Source: Actinomycetes bacterium (GTDB lineage: Bacteria; Actinomycetota; Thermoleophilia; Gaiellales; Gaiellaceae). From it: a stretch of 64,000 bases of DNA. A program made the position numbers and the translations under genes. This document shows positions 62,723 through 64,000 of the stretch, one piece after another (position 1 is the first letter of the stretch; every line of letters starts with the position of its first letter). The stretch lies in NCBI GenBank assembly GCA_025964395.1, contig JAOPYY010000005.1:7957-71956 (forward strand), in the 5' to 3' direction. Under the pieces are notes generated by a model. The model made no database searches. It saw nothing but the letters and a program-made list of their open reading frames with translations, and was not told the origin of the DNA.

Positions 62723-62971
62723 CTAGTGGAGTGCGCGCGTGCGGTGTACGTAGTCCTCGACGGCATGGAGGAAGCTCTCGTCGCAGGCGAGCTCGGCGAG
62801 CGTCTCCTTCGTGTGGTCGTCGAGATCACAATCGTCCTTGAGCTCGCGCAGGAACGGCTGCAACCGACCGTTCTGGCTCAAATAGGCCATCCGGAGGAAG
62901 AGTTTGCGGGTGTCCTCGTCCTGCGAGATCGCCTCGAGGGATTCGATGTCCTGAAGCCAGAGCCCGTCCAC
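62723..62971 (-). CDS. hypothetical small acidic protein (82 aa)
   Basis: Protein-like composition (MDGLWLQDIESLEAISQDEDTRKLFLRMAYL...), directly downstream of parB. No family recognised. Confidence 0.5.
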   Translation of the reverse strand: MDGLWLQDIESLEAISQDEDTRKLFLRMAYLSQNGRLQPFLRELKDDCDLDDHTKETLAELACDESFLHAVEDYVHRTRALH

Positions 62972-63022
62972 GAGGATTCAACGAGCGGGGGCACAGCCTG
63001 GGTACGGGGGAACCCGCGCCCG

Positions 63023-63868
63023 TTACGGGGTGGTGCCGAGCCGTTCGAGGGCCTCGGCCAGCTCCTCGAGCTGAACGTCGCCGTCGACCGGAATCGTCAG
63101 GCCGGCAGCGCCGACCTTCGCCTCGAACCCTATGAGGAGCCGGACTGCGTCCTTGATCCGGGCCGCGCGGGCCGGATCGACCGCGGTGACGCGGCGCTCC
63201 TTCGTCTTCGCTCCGGCCCAGCGGGCCGCTCTCTCCGCGGCGCGGACCGAGAGGCCTTCGCGCACGATCCGCTTCGCAAGCCGCCGGCGCTCGTCCTGGT
63301 CCGGCACCGAGAGCACGGCGCGGGCATGTCCCTCCGTCAGCTCGTGCCGGCCGATCATCGCCAGCACGTCCTCCGGCAGCTCGAGCAGGCGGATGCGGTT
63401 CGAGACGGTGGGCTTCGACCTGCCGACGCGCTCGGCGACCTCGCCGAGCGAGAGCCCGAACTCGTCGATCAGCACCGCGTACGCGCGCGCCTCTTCGATC
63501 GGAGAGAGATCTTCGCGCGCAACGTTCTCGACGAGGCCGAGCAGCAGCGAGTCGCGATCGTCGGCCTCGCGCACGACTGCCGGAACGGTCGCAAGCCCGG
63601 CCTCGCGCGCGGCGCGCCAGCGGCGCTCACCGGCGATCAGCTCGTAGCCGCCTTCGAGCCGGGGGCGGACGACGACCGGCTGGATCAGGCCTTGCGCCTT
63701 GATCGACTCCGCGAGGCCGCTGACGGCTTCGCCGTCGAACCGCTTGCGCGGCTGCTTCGCGTTGGCGTGGATCTCGTCGACCGCGAGGTGGGCAAGCTCG
63801 GGCGTCGCCCCGCCGATCAGAACCTCGAACCCACGGCCCAACCCTCGGCGGGCGGACTGACCGGTCAC
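63023..63868 (-). CDS. parB: ParB/Spo0J-family partition protein
   Basis: LGRGFEVL, PRKRFD, the IQPVVVRP..GGYELIAGERRWRAA arginine patch and an HTH motif. GAGGGA lies 5 nt upstream of the GTG. Confidence 0.85.
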   Translation of the reverse strand: MTGQSARRGLGRGFEVLIGGATPELAHLAVDEIHANAKQPRKRFDGEAVSGLAESIKAQGLIQPVVVRPRLEGGYELIAGERRWRAAREAGLATVPAVVREADDRDSLLLGLVENVAREDLSPIEEARAYAVLIDEFGLSLGEVAERVGRSKPTVSNRIRLLELPEDVLAMIGRHELTEGHARAVLSVPDQDERRRLAKRIVREGLSVRAAERAARWAGAKTKERRVTAVDPARAARIKDAVRLLIGFEAKVGAAGLTIPVDGDVQLEELAEALERLGTTP

Positions 63869-63883
63869 GGGCGTCCCTCACTG

Positions 63884-63966
63884 GCGAGCGAAAAGCAAGC
63901 GAGGCAAGGACGCAGGGCGCGTTCGTAGCGGTGTTCTACGGGCGCAACCGAGGACGCCGCATCGCG
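63884..63966 (-). promoter_or_regulatory. conserved leader element, copy 2 (conserved boxes flanking a 10-bp hairpin)
   Basis: Plus strand: GCGAGC-N7-AAGCGAGGCAAGGACGCAGG, then the stem GCGTTCGTAG/CTACGGGCGC, then AAC-CGAGGACGCCGCATCGCG. Lies 15 nt upstream of the parB start. Confidence 0.4.
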
Positions 63967-64000
63967 CAGCTTTGCAGCCGGCAGGGAGCGGCGAACGGGG

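Noticed and set aside
63869-64000. 3' end of a parA gene overlapping the parB start (an open frame ends in TGA within GTGA at 63865-63868).
   Set aside because: The translation (…AAKLRDAASSVAPVEHRYERALRPCLACFSLASEGRP) has no ParA-like C-terminus. Third-position G/C content is clearly lower than in real genes here.

Overview
High-GC (about 70%), very compact bacterial chromosome segment. The gene content and the many GTG or TTG starts preceded by a -10-like hexamer but no Shine-Dalgarno sequence suggest a deep-branching Actinomycetota lineage (Thermoleophilia/Rubrobacteria-like); this is inference only. I call about 70 protein genes and 2 tRNAs (Phe-GAA, Ile-GAU). I saw no rRNA, CRISPR array, IS element, integrase or prophage genes, so this is core chromosome rather than an accessory island.

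Layout:
- 3' end of the nuo operon (nuoL, nuoM, nuoN).
- A translationally coupled operon of five uncharacterised genes: UPF0173 hydrolase, 88-aa protein, DUF1028, two tandem cupin paralogs.
- HAD-IB hydrolase, Mrp/ApbC and a PAS hybrid histidine kinase.
- DUF1015, IMPase and DUF72.
- A minus-strand run: pncB, pncA, short ftsH, GNAT, mce, DUF3107, ECF sigma, ychF.
- pabB and pabC with an M20 peptidase and a methyltransferase, then rarA.
- A roughly 14 kb co-directional minus-strand run: ALDH, moaC, mog, ubiA, oxidoreductase, ccmA, ccmB, ccmC, ccmD-like, hemX-like, hemA, hemC, hemD, DUF62 SAM hydrolase, methyltransferase, tRNA-Phe, ahcY, arginase.
- otsA and a treT-like gene.
- An MprAB-like two-component system followed by htrA.
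- M28 peptidase and sortase; moeA; a Ser/Thr kinase, a glycosyltransferase and a class A PBP; MscS; chorismate mutase; tRNA-Ile; parB.

Most noteworthy non-coding signals:
1. A roughly 80-nt element present twice (upstream of the ccmD-like/hemX/hemA genes and upstream of parB). Its flanking boxes are nearly identical, while the central hairpin differs in sequence but keeps its position and stem length.
2. Four phased TGTCC boxes, including two perfect 13-bp direct repeats, between the MprB-like kinase and htrA.
3. A shared promoter-like motif immediately upstream of two unrelated GTG starts, of the kind expected for leaderless transcripts.
4. A 14-nt pure A/T island between a tRNA-Phe hairpin pair and the ahcY start.
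5. REP-like tandem hairpin repeats after nuoN.

All family assignments come from reading motifs in the supplied translations. No database search was run.
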